Shown in pieces: positions 18,462-28,979 of a stretch of 38,586 nt of DNA. A program made the position numbers and the translations under genes. The number at the start of each line of letters is the position of its first letter. Position 1 is the first letter of the stretch. The DNA is from Candidatus Zixiibacteriota bacterium (GTDB lineage: Bacteria > Zixibacteria > MSB-5A5 > WJJR01 > JAJRUJ01): assembly GCA_024277855.1 (NCBI GenBank), contig JAJRUJ010000021.1, forward strand, positions 1 to 38,586, given 5' to 3'. The notes beneath the pieces were generated by a model. The model had not been told where the DNA came from and ran no database searches. It saw nothing but the letters and a program-made list of their open reading frames with translations.

Positions 18462-18703
18462 GTTCTGTTCTCCTGATTCGGCACACGCCACAATAGACGA
18501 ATACCTTCCCGTAAAGTTTCACCTTTTCCTTATTCTCTGCCAATCAACCCATCTGCTCCCCGTTACCCTTCGCCCGGTAATCTATTCAATACGACGACAA
18601 GAAAGAAGTAGTGAATCGCACAAAAAACAACTGACAAATTCGACAGGAAAACGGCGCAGGTCATTTGACCTGCGCCGTTGAAAACCTTACGGTCGAACAG
18701 CTT

Positions 18704-20692
18704 TTAACGGAACAAGGGAGCCAGCACCAGAGAAACAATCGCCATCAATTTGATCAGGATATTCATCGACGGACCGGAGGTGTCTTTGAACGGATCACCG
18801 ACAGTGTCGCCGACTACTGCGGCCTTGTGCGCATCGGAACCCTTCCCACCATGCGCGCCGCCCTCGATATATTTCTTGGCGTTGTCCCAGGCACCGCCGC
18901 CGTTGGACATCATCAGGGCCATCATCACCCCGGTCAGTGTGGCCCCGGCCAGCATTCCGCCGAGGGCTTCCTTACCGATAAGCGAACCGACGATGACCGG
19001 AGCCAGGATGGCAGTCAGGCCCGGCAGAATCATCTGCTGCAGTGAGGCGGTGGTGGAGATCGCAACACAGGTGTCCGAATCGGGCTTGGCTTTGCCTTCC
19101 ATCAGACCCGGGATTTCCTTGAACTGACGGCGGACTTCCTGCACCATCCGGAAGGCCGCTTTACCAACAGCGGTCATTGTGCACGCGCCGATGAAAAACG
19201 GCAGCAGGCCGCCGATGAACAGGCCAACCACCACGCGAGAAGACACTAAGTTGATGCTCTCCAGGCCGACTGCGGTCGTGTAAGCCGAGAACAACGCCAG
19301 TGCGGTGAGGGCCGCCGAACCGATGGCGAAACCTTTGCCGATGGCGGCGGTGGTGTTGCCCAGTGCGTCCAGACGGTCGGTAATTGCGCGGACTTCCGGG
19401 CCAAGCCCGGCCATTTCAGAAATACCGCCCGCGTTGTCGGCAACCGGACCATAGGCGTCAACCGACATGGTCACGCCGATAGTCGAGAGCATCCCGACTG
19501 CGGCGATACCGATGCCATACAGGCCGGCTAATTCAAAGGACAGGTAAATCGCACCACAGATGACCAACACCGGCAGGGCAACCGATTCCATCCCAACCGC
19601 GAGGCCGGTGATGATATTGGTGCCCGGGCCGGTTTTGGAGGACTCGGCAATCCGGCGGATCGGACCGGCCGCCGTGTAGTATTCGGTCAGCAAACCGAGC
19701 AATATCCCGGAAATTGCCCCGAGCAAAACCGTCCAGAAAACATTGACATCGATTCCCAGCGCATTGGTGGTATAGAACACGGCGACAAGCATGACGATCG
19801 CCGCGACATAGGTCACAATTCTGAGCACCGCCGCCGGGTTCATCGAAGCGAATAAACGTACCGAAAGGATACCCAGCATACTGGCGACGATACCGATCAT
19901 CACCACCGCCAGCGGCAGGACGATCAGCCCTCGCGGCCCGGTACCGGCGACGAACATCGATGCGCCGAGGACAATGGTCGCAACGATCGATCCAACGTAA
20001 GATTCGAATAAATCGGCACCCATCCCGGCGACATCACCGACGTTGTCGCCGACGTTATCAGCAATCACGGCAGGGTTGCGCGGGTCGTCTTCAGGAATCC
20101 CGGCTTCGATTTTGCCGACGAGGTCGGCCCCGACATCGGCCGCCTTGGTGAAAATCCCGCCGCCCACACGGGCGAACAGCGCGATTGAGGAAGCGCCCAT
20201 CGAGAACCCGGCAAGAACCGAAAGTTTCTCAGGATCGAAGCCCAGGATGCCGAACCACAAACCCAGTCCGATCAAACCCAATGCGGCAACCGACATGCCC
20301 ATGACCGACCCGCCGGTGAAAGCAACGATCAGGGCTTTGGCCTGGCCATAATCTTTGGCCGCAGCGGTCGTGCGGACATTAGCCGCTGTTGCCGAGGACA
20401 TCCCAAAAAACCCGGCAAGCATTGAACAGCCCGCACCGCTGGCGAAGGCAATAGCCGTGTTGAGGTTGATCTTCCAGGCCAGCAGCCCGAACACTACCAG
20501 GATGAAGACCGCCAGGATGGAGTATTCCCGTTTGAGGAACACCATGGCACCCCGGTGGATCACCTCCGCGATTTCGGTCATTTTAGCGTTGCCGGTGGGC
20601 ATACGCTTGATCGAGAGAAACATGGCCAGCGCGAAGATCAACCCGACCAGTCCGAAGACCGGCGCGTACAATCCCCAATTCAAGTCAAGCAT
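18704..20692 (-). CDS. hppA: Membrane-bound H+/Na+-translocating pyrophosphatase
   Basis: Diagnostic motifs [23 protein letters not shown] and [22 protein letters not shown]. About 16 TM helices. ATG 20692 with SD GGGGAGA. Confidence 0.9.
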   Translation of the reverse strand: MLDLNWGLYAPVFGLVGLIFALAMFLSIKRMPTGNAKMTEIAEVIHRGAMVFLKREYSILAVFILVVFGLLAWKINLNTAIAFASGAGCSMLAGFFGMSSATAANVRTTAAAKDYGQAKALIVAFTGGSVMGMSVAALGLIGLGLWFGILGFDPEKLSVLAGFSMGASSIALFARVGGGIFTKAADVGADLVGKIEAGIPEDDPRNPAVIADNVGDNVGDVAGMGADLFESYVGSIVATIVLGASMFVAGTGPRGLIVLPLAVVMIGIVASMLGILSVRLFASMNPAAVLRIVTYVAAIVMLVAVFYTTNALGIDVNVFWTVLLGAISGILLGLLTEYYTAAGPIRRIAESSKTGPGTNIITGLAVGMESVALPVLVICGAIYLSFELAGLYGIGIAAVGMLSTIGVTMSVDAYGPVADNAGGISEMAGLGPEVRAITDRLDALGNTTAAIGKGFAIGSAALTALALFSAYTTAVGLESINLVSSRVVVGLFIGGLLPFFIGACTMTAVGKAAFRMVQEVRRQFKEIPGLMEGKAKPDSDTCVAISTTASLQQMILPGLTAILAPVIVGSLIGKEALGGMLAGATLTGVMMALMMSNGGGAWDNAKKYIEGGAHGGKGSDAHKAAVVGDTVGDPFKDTSGPSMNILIKLMAIVSLVLAPLFR

Positions 20693-20909
20693 GTGCAGCG
20701 TCTCCCCTAACCCGTTATGGTTTATAGAGTTTTCTCCTCGTTTTAGAGAAAGGAATATATACTCTCTCCCCGGAGTGAGCAAGGAGAAAGTGATTTTTGT
20801 GACAAGCGGGACGAAAGTGCAGTTATTTCCGACAACTGCGAGAATTCATTGATTTGATGTCGGGGAGATCGGGAAGATTTCGCTCTATATCTTTTAATAG
20901 CAATAAATT

Positions 20910-20944
20910 AAAAAACCGGCCGAGAGGGTGATACCCCCGGCCGG
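20910..20944 (-). terminator. Rho-independent terminator of the LRR lipoprotein gene (stem CCGGCCG/CGGCCGG, 15-nt loop, TTTTTT on the minus strand). An A-run precedes it, so it is potentially bidirectional
   Basis: Hairpin read from the sequence 20 nt past the stop at 20969, followed on the minus strand by a T6 run. Confidence 0.6.
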
Positions 20945-20968
20945 CCGCATTTTTTATACCTCATATTG

Positions 20969-23596
20969 CTACTCACCCAGCGGTGTATAGAGTACTTCCA
21001 CACCACGATCAAGCAAAGCTCCAACCTGGAATTGGATCACACGACTGGAAAGGGGACATTGGCGCAGGTCGATATGGTCACCGGCCGCAATCCCCGGGTT
21101 ATTGACCAATGGGGTGAGGTCGGTAAATAGGTTATTGGAAAGATCGAGATCATCCAGACCGGTCAAAAATTCCAACACCGTGATGTCGAGGATGCGGTTG
21201 GAACTCATATCGAGCGTTTTCAACTTGTCCAAACCCTCCAATGGCGTAATATCCATGAGGTTATTCAGTTCCAGATTCAGGTATTCCAGATTGTGAAGGT
21301 TGCCCAAGGGAGCGATATCGCTGATGTTATTCGTGCCTAATTCGAGATACTTCAGGTTCTCCAGACCACTGAGTGCATCAAGATTGGCGACTTCGTTATA
21401 ACGAATCGCCAAGGTGTCCAGCGCCGTCATCCCCGCCAGAGCCGAGAGATCGGCAACCCGGTTACTGGTCAGATCAAGCACCTTCAAATTGGTCAATTTC
21501 TCCAGGGCGGATACCTCGCCAAAATTATTGGCGGAGAGGTTTAGCCACTCCAGGCGAATCAAATGCTCCAGCGGGTTGATATCGTCAATCTGCAAATTGG
21601 ATTTTAAATTGAGCACAGTCAAATTAGAGAGATACTGCATCCCGGCCAAATGGAAGATCCCCTGCCCGACTGCCGAGAAAGTGGTTATGCCGGCGAGATC
21701 CGAACCATAGAGTTGACCGGACAGGACGCCGGACTTAAGACGGACCAACGCATCGAGTGTTCCATCAGGAAAATTAACTTCAAGCTCGTCGAGGTTGGCC
21801 AGTTGAATGACATTGGATAGTTCAGAAGTATTCAGATCCTGGTCAAGGGTACGCACCGCCAGGTAGGTTGTCCGGGACAGGTCATAGGGGAGTAAAACAT
21901 AATTTTCATGCTCTGCCGATTCGCGGGGGGCCGGCTCGTCAAGCAATTGACCGGCAACCGCCCAGTTGTCTTCGGTGATCGGCTGATCATAGAAGCGGAT
22001 ATCATAATATGTTGCTCTGCCGGTATCCAGGTCATTGCCGGGAGCGGTCCACTCCAACCGAACGGAATTACCCCAGTATTCGGTGGCAACCAGATCGGTG
22101 ACGGCAGAAGGAGCGGTCCAATCACCATAACCCAGCACCGGTCGTCGATTTACCGGGAAATATAATTCCTCGGTCGTACCGACCGAGCCGGACCAGGTGA
22201 CCAGATTGAGCATACCCTCCTGTTTGCGCTGATTGATCAGCGCCTCGACCGGTAAACCAAAATAGACCCAGGCACCCAGTGAATCCTCCTGGGCGGCACT
22301 GCTGAAACCGTTCTCGTGAGTCCATTGGAAATCAGCCAGGATATCACCGAATTCGACAGAGTAAGAAAGTGCGTTGACTGAATTATCCGTACCCAGAAGG
22401 TTGAACATCACGATCTCGGTATTGATCGGCCAATAGAGCACCAATTCCCGATCGCGATAATAGTCGTAATAAATTGTATGTCCGGCGTCATTGGCACCGA
22501 CGACCATATCGATCCGATAAGTCCCGGTGGCCCGATTGGAAAGAACGCGTGATTGTCGCTGGACCTGTTCCGGCGGGTCCAGGTATGACAACCCGCCGAA
22601 TGTCGGCACATAATTCAGTTGCACAAAAAAGTCCTGCAGGATTTGGTCGGTAGTCTGGATTGTCCCGGCCTTGCCCCGCGACCACTCGCACGTATATCCC
22701 GGGGAATTAACAAATAAAGCCGCGAATGCGGGAGGCAGGTATTTCCAGTTCCCGATGGGAATCTCCGGGGGGTCGGCCATAGTCACGGCAGTGTAGTATC
22801 CGGTGGCCAGCCCGAGGTCAAGATAGGCCTGGGCCAATTGGGCGGCGGTTTCAAAAACGATGATTCCCCCATCGTTTTCAATTGCCCGATTGGCGGCGAG
22901 AAATGCCAGGATTGCCGCGTCAACTTCGGCATTGTCATGGGCATCGAAAGCAGACAAAAAACCGGCCAGTGAGGTCTCTAATTCCGCTCGCCGCACGTCG
23001 CCGAGACCGAGGTCAAAATCCGCCCGATGATCGACGCTGATGTCGTTGTGGATCCCGGTAATAATCGTCCGGGCGGTCTGACGCGGCTGCTGTTCGGGCC
23101 AGATCACCGCCCAACCAAGCAAGTCCGTCGTCCCGAGTTCGGCCTGGTTATCGTACGAGTCGATGCTCGGGTCGAAGATTGTCCAACTCTGACCATCGTG
23201 CCGGGCGATCATCAACGTCGCCTCCAATACGCCGTCGGGAAGCAGCCCATCGAGGTAGGTTACCGCCAAATATACAGTGTCGATTACCTGACCAACAGCC
23301 AGTGAAATGTCATACACCGGCGAGGCGAAGCCATATCCTTCCGGCAATGCCGGGTATTCCTCGGAAATTGCGAATTCCACCTCGGTGTCCTCGGAGATCG
23401 CTCCGGCCGGGATAGTCAGGGTAACCTGTCCGTTAAGCTTGGCCACGCCGCCTTCGGCCCGGTAGATGATTTTATCCGACGATTTGGTCGGCGGCTCGTC
23501 ACCCCCGCCACAACCGGCCGACAGCAAAGAGAGGCAGACAACCGAAACACTCAATATAATCGGATAAACGAACTGACGAATATCCTGATAGGTCAT
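20969..23596 (-). CDS. Large lipoprotein with FN3-like domain and C-terminal leucine-rich repeat (internalin-like LRR) array
   Basis: Lipobox LLSAGC. About 10 consecutive 22-residue LxxLxxLxLxxNxIxD repeats at the C-terminus. FN3-like block (LEWTAPGNDLDTGRATYYDIRF). SD AAGGAG. Confidence 0.8.
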   Translation of the reverse strand: MTYQDIRQFVYPIILSVSVVCLSLLSAGCGGGDEPPTKSSDKIIYRAEGGVAKLNGQVTLTIPAGAISEDTEVEFAISEEYPALPEGYGFASPVYDISLAVGQVIDTVYLAVTYLDGLLPDGVLEATLMIARHDGQSWTIFDPSIDSYDNQAELGTTDLLGWAVIWPEQQPRQTARTIITGIHNDISVDHRADFDLGLGDVRRAELETSLAGFLSAFDAHDNAEVDAAILAFLAANRAIENDGGIIVFETAAQLAQAYLDLGLATGYYTAVTMADPPEIPIGNWKYLPPAFAALFVNSPGYTCEWSRGKAGTIQTTDQILQDFFVQLNYVPTFGGLSYLDPPEQVQRQSRVLSNRATGTYRIDMVVGANDAGHTIYYDYYRDRELVLYWPINTEIVMFNLLGTDNSVNALSYSVEFGDILADFQWTHENGFSSAAQEDSLGAWVYFGLPVEALINQRKQEGMLNLVTWSGSVGTTEELYFPVNRRPVLGYGDWTAPSAVTDLVATEYWGNSVRLEWTAPGNDLDTGRATYYDIRFYDQPITEDNWAVAGQLLDEPAPRESAEHENYVLLPYDLSRTTYLAVRTLDQDLNTSELSNVIQLANLDELEVNFPDGTLDALVRLKSGVLSGQLYGSDLAGITTFSAVGQGIFHLAGMQYLSNLTVLNLKSNLQIDDINPLEHLIRLEWLNLSANNFGEVSALEKLTNLKVLDLTSNRVADLSALAGMTALDTLAIRYNEVANLDALSGLENLKYLELGTNNISDIAPLGNLHNLEYLNLELNNLMDITPLEGLDKLKTLDMSSNRILDITVLEFLTGLDDLDLSNNLFTDLTPLVNNPGIAAGDHIDLRQCPLSSRVIQFQVGALLDRGVEVLYTPLGE

Positions 23597-23916
23597 TATT
23601 GCTCCTTAAGAGAATTAAGCGTCTGCGGCGGTGTGGACCACCCATCCCCGCCGATTTCCCCACGCTCGTAAGTGTAATAATAAAGTCAAGTTTTGGCAAC
23701 TGTCCCACCACCAATTGTTGACAGACCGTCAAAGGCCGCCGCTTACTGCCCTCCAGCATAACCAACCCGAGTCAATCCATTTTCACCAAAACATTTACAC
23801 GCGACTCGCCGGATTCTTCCCGGGACGAGTGATAAGACCAACCGGGCGGGCAATCATCGAGGTAATTCCCCTTGATTTTCCTTAAGCGGCAGATTTATTG
23901 GTGGTTGTCCCACGAC

Positions 23917-23990
23917 GCGGGAGTAACTCAGTTGGCTAGAGTCACAGCCTTCCAAGCTGTTGGTCGCGGGTTCGAATCCCGTCTCCCGCT
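23917..23990 (+). tRNA. tRNA-Gly (anticodon TCC), CCA not encoded
   Basis: Cloverleaf folds by hand. Anticodon arm CAGCCTTCCAAGCTG is identical to the E. coli tRNA-Gly(UCC) anticodon arm. Acceptor GCGGGAG/CTCCCGC, T loop TTCGAAT, discriminator U. Confidence 0.9.
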
Positions 23991-24036
23991 TTTCTCCGGA
24001 ATAGATCGTAAGCAATCGCCAACCAGGCGGTTTTCA

Positions 24037-24063
24037 CCCCAAACAAGTTTGGAGACGGTCGCC
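24037..24063. repeat. Repeat P copy 2 (degenerate): CCCCAAACAAGTTTGGAGACGGTCGCC, immediately downstream of tRNA-Gly
   Basis: Shares the CCAAAC-AA-GTTTGG palindrome core and flanking GACGG with the 30-mer at 7548 and 33199. Confidence 0.6.
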
Positions 24064-24316
24064 GGTCGGGACATGGGTAACTGGCGGCTTTCCGGCCATT
24101 GCCCCGTGTATCCGGCATATGTTCATTACCGTCCCTCACAGTCTGGCTGTCGGCAAACGGCATAAATCACCTCTGAGATATTGACGATTCGTCCTCATCT
24201 AACCGCGATTCGTTTATTGCGCCGCTCCCCGGTTTTAGGTAAATTTTAGCGGGGCTGTAGTACTCCTTTTTTGGGGGGTCTTGTATTGAATTTGTCTTTG
24301 AGATGAAGGATCGGTA

Positions 24317-26830
24317 ATGGCTCTCGAACGCGAAAAAATCTTGACGGTGCAACTGCAGGAGGAGATGCAATCCTCCTACCTCGACTACTCGATGTCGGTA
24401 ATTACTCAGCGGGCGCTGCCGGATGTCTGCGACGGTTTGAAACCGTCGAATCGCCGAATCCTGGTGGCAATGAACGACCTTAATCTGGCGCCGAACCGGC
24501 CCTACCGCAAATGCGCCAAGATCGCCGGTGACACCTCGGGTAACTACCATCCCCACGGTGAACAGGTGGTCTACCCCACCCTGGTACGCATGGCGCAAAA
24601 TTTTAATATGCGCTATCCGCTGGTCGATGGTCAGGGGAACTTCGGCTCGATCGACGGCGACTCCGCCGCGGCCATGCGTTATACGGAGGCGAGACTGACC
24701 CAGCTGGCCATGGAAATGCTGGCCGACATGGAAAAAGACACAGTCGGCTACGTGCCCAACTACGACGCGACGCTCAGCGAACCGGTAGTGCTGCCGGGGA
24801 AATTTCCCAACTTGCTTTGTAACGGCACTTCGGGGATTGCTGTCGGGATGGCCGCCAATATCCCGCCGCATAATCTGACCGAAATCGTCGGCGCCCTAAC
24901 GGCGATGATCGACAATCCGGACATTGAAGTCGATGAACTTCTCGGCTTGCTGCCCGGGCCGGATTTCCCGACCGGCGGCCTGATTCTCGGACATAATGGA
25001 ATCGAACTGGCCTACCGCACCGGCCGAGGCAAAATAACTCTACGCGCCAAAGCCAATGCCGAGACGTTGAAAAACGGCAAACAGAATATCATCGTCTCGG
25101 AAATCCCATTCCAGGTTAATAAATCGAACCTGCTGTCGTCGATTGCCGATTTGGTGCGCAGCAAACGGCTCGAGGGGATTTCGGACCTGCGCGATGAATC
25201 CGACCGCGACGGGATGCGTATCGTTATCGAACTCAAACGCGACGCCATCCCCGAAGTGGTCCTGAACAATTTATTCAAGCATACCCAAATGCAGGTGACC
25301 TTCGGGATCATTAATCTGGCGCTGGTTGATGGTGTGCCGAAATTACTGCCGCTGCCGGAGATGATGCGCGAGTTTCTCAAACATCGTCACGAAGTCGTCC
25401 TGCGCCGGACGCAGTTCGACCTGAACAAGGCGGAAGCCCGCGCGCATATTCTCGAGGGTTTGCGCATTGCGCTGGACCACATCGACGCGATCATCAAATT
25501 GATTCGCGGTTCGAAAACACCCGCTATTGCCAAAGACGGCCTGATGAAAAAATTCAAACTTTCGGAAATTCAGGCGCAGGCGATTCTCGATATGCGGTTG
25601 CAGCGGCTGACCGGGCTGGAACGGCAGAAAATTGAGGATGAGTATACCGAACTGCTCAAAACCATCGAGCGCTTACGCGGCATCCTGGCCTCGAAACCGC
25701 AACGGATGGCGATTATCAAAGAAGAACTCCTTTGGCTGAAAGAAAAATTCGGCGACGACCGCCGCACGGAAATCATCGAAGATGTCGATGAAATCTCGAT
25801 TGAAGATCTGATCGCCGAGGAAGACATGGTCATCACGATCTCCCACTCCGGGTACATCAAGCGGTTGACTGTCTCGTCCTACCGCCGACAGAATCGCGGC
25901 GGCCGGGGTGTGCGCGGGATGGAAACGCGCGACGAGGATTTTGTTGAACATCTCTTTGTCGCCTCGACCCACGACTATATGCTCTTTTTCACTACAGCGG
26001 GACGGTGTTATTGGTTAAAAGTTCATGAAATCCCGCAGGGTGGACGGTTGGCCAAGGGGAAGAACATCGCCAACATGCTGCGGGTCGCACCCGGTGAGAG
26101 CGTGACCGCCTATGTGCCGGTGAAGAAATTCGATGACGAGCATTTCATCGTCATGGCCACCAAGAATGGAATAATCAAAAAAACAAGTCTGACGGCATTC
26201 AGCAATCCGCGCAAGGGCGGAGTGAACGCGATCAATTTGCCCGAGGGCGACGAGTTGATCGAGGCGGCGATTTCCGACGGCACCAACGAGATTATTATTG
26301 CCGCTCGTGACGGCCAGGCGATTCGATTCCATGAGGAGAAGGTCCGCGCCATGGGCCGCACGGCCTATGGGGTGAAGGCGATCTCGTTGGCAAAGGGTGA
26401 TCGTGCGATCGGGATGGTAGTGGTCCGGCGAACGACATCACTGCTGTCGGTAACCGAAAACGGCTATGGCAAGCGATCCAATATCGCCGATTATCGACTG
26501 ACCAATCGCGGCGGCAAGGGCGTGATCAATATCAAAACCACCGAACGTAACGGCAAGGTGATCACGATCAAGGAAGTTGTAGACGACGACGAGTTGATGA
26601 TCATCTCACAGAATGGAATTATTATCCGTCAACCACTTCGGCAGGTGAAAGTGATCGGCCGAGCCACGCAGGGTGTGAAGTTGATCAACCTGGACGAGGG
26701 CGACCGGGTGATGGATGTCGCCCGGGTGGTCACCGACACCAACGGTAATGGAAATGGGGACGGCAACGGAGAAACTCCGGCCGAAACAGAACCGGAAATG
26801 CCGGAGGCCGATGACGAAAACGGCGAATAG
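24317..26830 (+). CDS. gyrA: DNA gyrase subunit A
   Basis: Canonical GyrA N-terminus (SSYLDYSMSVITQRALPDVCDGLKPSNRRIL), active-site AAMRYTEARL, six beta-pinwheel repeats, acidic C-terminal tail. SD GAAGGA. No gyrB adjacent. Confidence 0.95.
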   Translation: MALEREKILTVQLQEEMQSSYLDYSMSVITQRALPDVCDGLKPSNRRILVAMNDLNLAPNRPYRKCAKIAGDTSGNYHPHGEQVVYPTLVRMAQNFNMRYPLVDGQGNFGSIDGDSAAAMRYTEARLTQLAMEMLADMEKDTVGYVPNYDATLSEPVVLPGKFPNLLCNGTSGIAVGMAANIPPHNLTEIVGALTAMIDNPDIEVDELLGLLPGPDFPTGGLILGHNGIELAYRTGRGKITLRAKANAETLKNGKQNIIVSEIPFQVNKSNLLSSIADLVRSKRLEGISDLRDESDRDGMRIVIELKRDAIPEVVLNNLFKHTQMQVTFGIINLALVDGVPKLLPLPEMMREFLKHRHEVVLRRTQFDLNKAEARAHILEGLRIALDHIDAIIKLIRGSKTPAIAKDGLMKKFKLSEIQAQAILDMRLQRLTGLERQKIEDEYTELLKTIERLRGILASKPQRMAIIKEELLWLKEKFGDDRRTEIIEDVDEISIEDLIAEEDMVITISHSGYIKRLTVSSYRRQNRGGRGVRGMETRDEDFVEHLFVASTHDYMLFFTTAGRCYWLKVHEIPQGGRLAKGKNIANMLRVAPGESVTAYVPVKKFDDEHFIVMATKNGIIKKTSLTAFSNPRKGGVNAINLPEGDELIEAAISDGTNEIIIAARDGQAIRFHEEKVRAMGRTAYGVKAISLAKGDRAIGMVVVRRTTSLLSVTENGYGKRSNIADYRLTNRGGKGVINIKTTERNGKVITIKEVVDDDELMIISQNGIIIRQPLRQVKVIGRATQGVKLINLDEGDRVMDVARVVTDTNGNGNGDGNGETPAETEPEMPEADDENGE

Positions 26831-26855
26831 CCGCAGATGATGATATGGTAGTATC

Positions 26856-26883
26856 GACGCCGCCTTTCGAGGCGGCGTTTTTT
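26856..26883 (+). terminator. Rho-independent terminator of gyrA (stem GACGCCGCC/GGCGGCGTT, loop TTTCGA, T6)
   Basis: Hairpin plus T-run 26 nt after the gyrA stop. Confidence 0.75.
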
Positions 26884-26962
26884 ATGATGGTGCCCGCACA
26901 ATTTGTCGTGGATGGTGTATGTTCTCGCCTGTGCTCGCATGGGTATCGGCCACCTAAGACTG

Positions 26963-27139
26963 GTCGCGCTTCGCGCGACTAAGGCCACCGCAAAGCGGTG
27001 GGGTACCCAATTCTCTGAATTCAGTGGCTGGTGTACGTCCTCGTACACCATTATTCCGGTGCCTCGCCCCCTGGGTGGAAACATGCAGAGAACTACAATT
27101 GTGCGTGGCCCGGAGCTTTGCTCCGGGTTTCAAAGCGCG
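26963..27139. repeat. Cluster of four short GC-rich hairpins in the convergent gyrA / S8-peptidase intergenic region. The last one (27101-27139) is repeat H2, shared with 33273-33309
   Basis: The four hairpins, read directly, are GTCGCGC-ttc-GCGCGAC, CCACCGC-aaa-GCGGTGG, GTGTACG-tcct-CGTACAC and CCCGGAGC-ttt-GCTCCGGG. The second is an inverted copy of the hairpin at 38340-38355. Confidence 0.6.
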
Positions 27140-27227
27140 TCTCAACAATCTGAAAACATTCTATTGCAAGGAAACAACAACCGAGTCATTCCTGGTTTCC
27201 CGCTCGACGGTATGTAAACCCATCCGC

Positions 27228-28934
27228 CTAGTCTTGCGAAATCAATGCGACTTTGATCTGATATTCGTGTCGAGGACTCCTGAACTGACAAATATAGATG
27301 CCATTCGCTACTCGTTCACCGGCATTGTTTACACCGTCCCAGTAGAACCAACCGGACGACACCTCATCGTTAAACACCAGCTCACCGGCAGAATTATAAA
27401 TCCAATAATCGAATGGACCGTTTCTTTCTTCATCGGAAAATTTAAATTTGATCCGGGTGGAGAAAGGATTGGGGCCGTAGAGAATTTCTCCGTCTGGCGC
27501 AATCGGGCCGCCGCTCAGGTTCATCGCGGCATCGAGATTAACAATCCCATAACCATATTCATTGTCCGGCGTATCAGCCCGTGATGCTGTCTGTCGCAAA
27601 CGCTCGATGATCTCGTACGGCCGCAAACCGGGATTTTTCTGGAGCATCAGCGCACAGGCCCCGGCCACCAGCGGCGTGGAAAACGAGGTGCCGCTGGCTG
27701 TCTGATAGTTTCCGTCGCTATCGTCGGCCACCCAAACCTGCGAACCCTGGGCCATGACATCGGGTTTGATCCGGCCGTCGGCTGTCGGGCCGATGCTGGA
27801 AAAGCCGACTTTCGTACCGGAATTGTAAACAGCCCCGACGGTGAGCGCTGAATCGGCGTCCCCCGGCGGGATAATCCAGGGCCGTATTTCGCTATCGCCT
27901 TCGTTGCCGGCGGCAGTCACGACCAACACCCCCTGTGCCGCCGCAATATCGGCCGCCTTAGTGGTAATTGCGGTATTGCCGTCCAAGTCGGCATACACAT
28001 AAAAAGAGGGGTAACCCAGCGAGGATGAGACAATATCCGCCCCCTGCCGCTCACACCACTCCAATCCGGCAACCCACCAGTCCTCCTCGATTTCGATATC
28101 GTCATCGTTCATGAGCTCTGTCTTGGCCAGCACATAATCTGCGGCGTACGCCCCGCCGATGACCTCCCCTTCGGCAAAGGCCGCGCAACAGGAGAGCGTC
28201 TTGGTGCCGTGATCCATTTGAACCGGATCGTCATCGGCGATATCCTCATCATCGTTGATGAAGTCCCAGGTCGCGACGATATTGGTCGAGGCGAACGCGG
28301 AGATATCCGGATTGAACCCGGTATCCAGAAACCCGATCATCACCCCGTCACCGTCGTATCCAGCCGAGTGAGCGTTGGTAATTTTGATTTGCGCCAACTG
28401 CCCCAACGAAAGGCCGTAATCCAACCCGTCATCATGCGGCCCGGTGATTCGAGGCAAGGCCGCGCCGTCGTCCAGCTCTGCTCGCCGACGGTAAATTCGG
28501 ACCACGCGCACGGAGTCGACCCAGGGTAGCATGGCTACCTTGTTTATCGCACTCTGATTAGCCCAGCCGGAGACTGCACCGAGCCAGCGCGAGGTGAGTT
28601 TGACCCGCAGACCCGCAGCAGATAGCGCCGCGAGGACATTGTCGGCGATTGGCCGGTCGTATTCGGTCACCGTCGGCAGGCCTTTTATCCGGCGACGGGA
28701 GAGCGATCGCTCACCAATCAGCGATTCGGCAAGGGCCGGACGTTGCCGACCGTCGACGAGAGGATTTTTGTCCTGAAGATAAACCCAGACTTTAACCGAA
28801 TCTTCGCCCTGTGCAAAAGCCGCCGTCACCCGCTCGGAAACGATCGGCCGGTCAAAAGCCGAAACCATCACCGACATCGTCAAAAGTGAAAACAGACACC
28901 CGAATATGATTACGCGGTAGGTATTAGTCGTCAT
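27228..28934 (-). CDS. S8-family subtilisin-like serine peptidase with a T9SS-type (Por/FlgD-Ig-like) C-terminal sorting domain
   Basis: Catalytic Asp (GFLDTGF), His (HGTKT), Ser (GTSFSTP) motifs. C-terminal about 80 aa begins YGPNPF and ends with the alternating hydrophobic pattern of T9SS CTDs. ATG 28934 with SD AAAAAGGGG. The table start is a TTG at 28955. Confidence 0.85.
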   Translation of the reverse strand: MTTNTYRVIIFGCLFSLLTMSVMVSAFDRPIVSERVTAAFAQGEDSVKVWVYLQDKNPLVDGRQRPALAESLIGERSLSRRRIKGLPTVTEYDRPIADNVLAALSAAGLRVKLTSRWLGAVSGWANQSAINKVAMLPWVDSVRVVRIYRRRAELDDGAALPRITGPHDDGLDYGLSLGQLAQIKITNAHSAGYDGDGVMIGFLDTGFNPDISAFASTNIVATWDFINDDEDIADDDPVQMDHGTKTLSCCAAFAEGEVIGGAYAADYVLAKTELMNDDDIEIEEDWWVAGLEWCERQGADIVSSSLGYPSFYVYADLDGNTAITTKAADIAAAQGVLVVTAAGNEGDSEIRPWIIPPGDADSALTVGAVYNSGTKVGFSSIGPTADGRIKPDVMAQGSQVWVADDSDGNYQTASGTSFSTPLVAGACALMLQKNPGLRPYEIIERLRQTASRADTPDNEYGYGIVNLDAAMNLSGGPIAPDGEILYGPNPFSTRIKFKFSDEERNGPFDYWIYNSAGELVFNDEVSSGWFYWDGVNNAGERVANGIYICQFRSPRHEYQIKVALISQD

Positions 28935-28979
28935 CGTCCGCCCCTTTTTAGTCAATGTCGGTATTAGTGCATCCTCCGA

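Noticed and set aside
24167-24871. 234-aa minus-strand ORF overlapping the gyrA 5' region
   Set aside because: It is antisense to gyrA, one of the most conserved genes in the window, and has no homology signal
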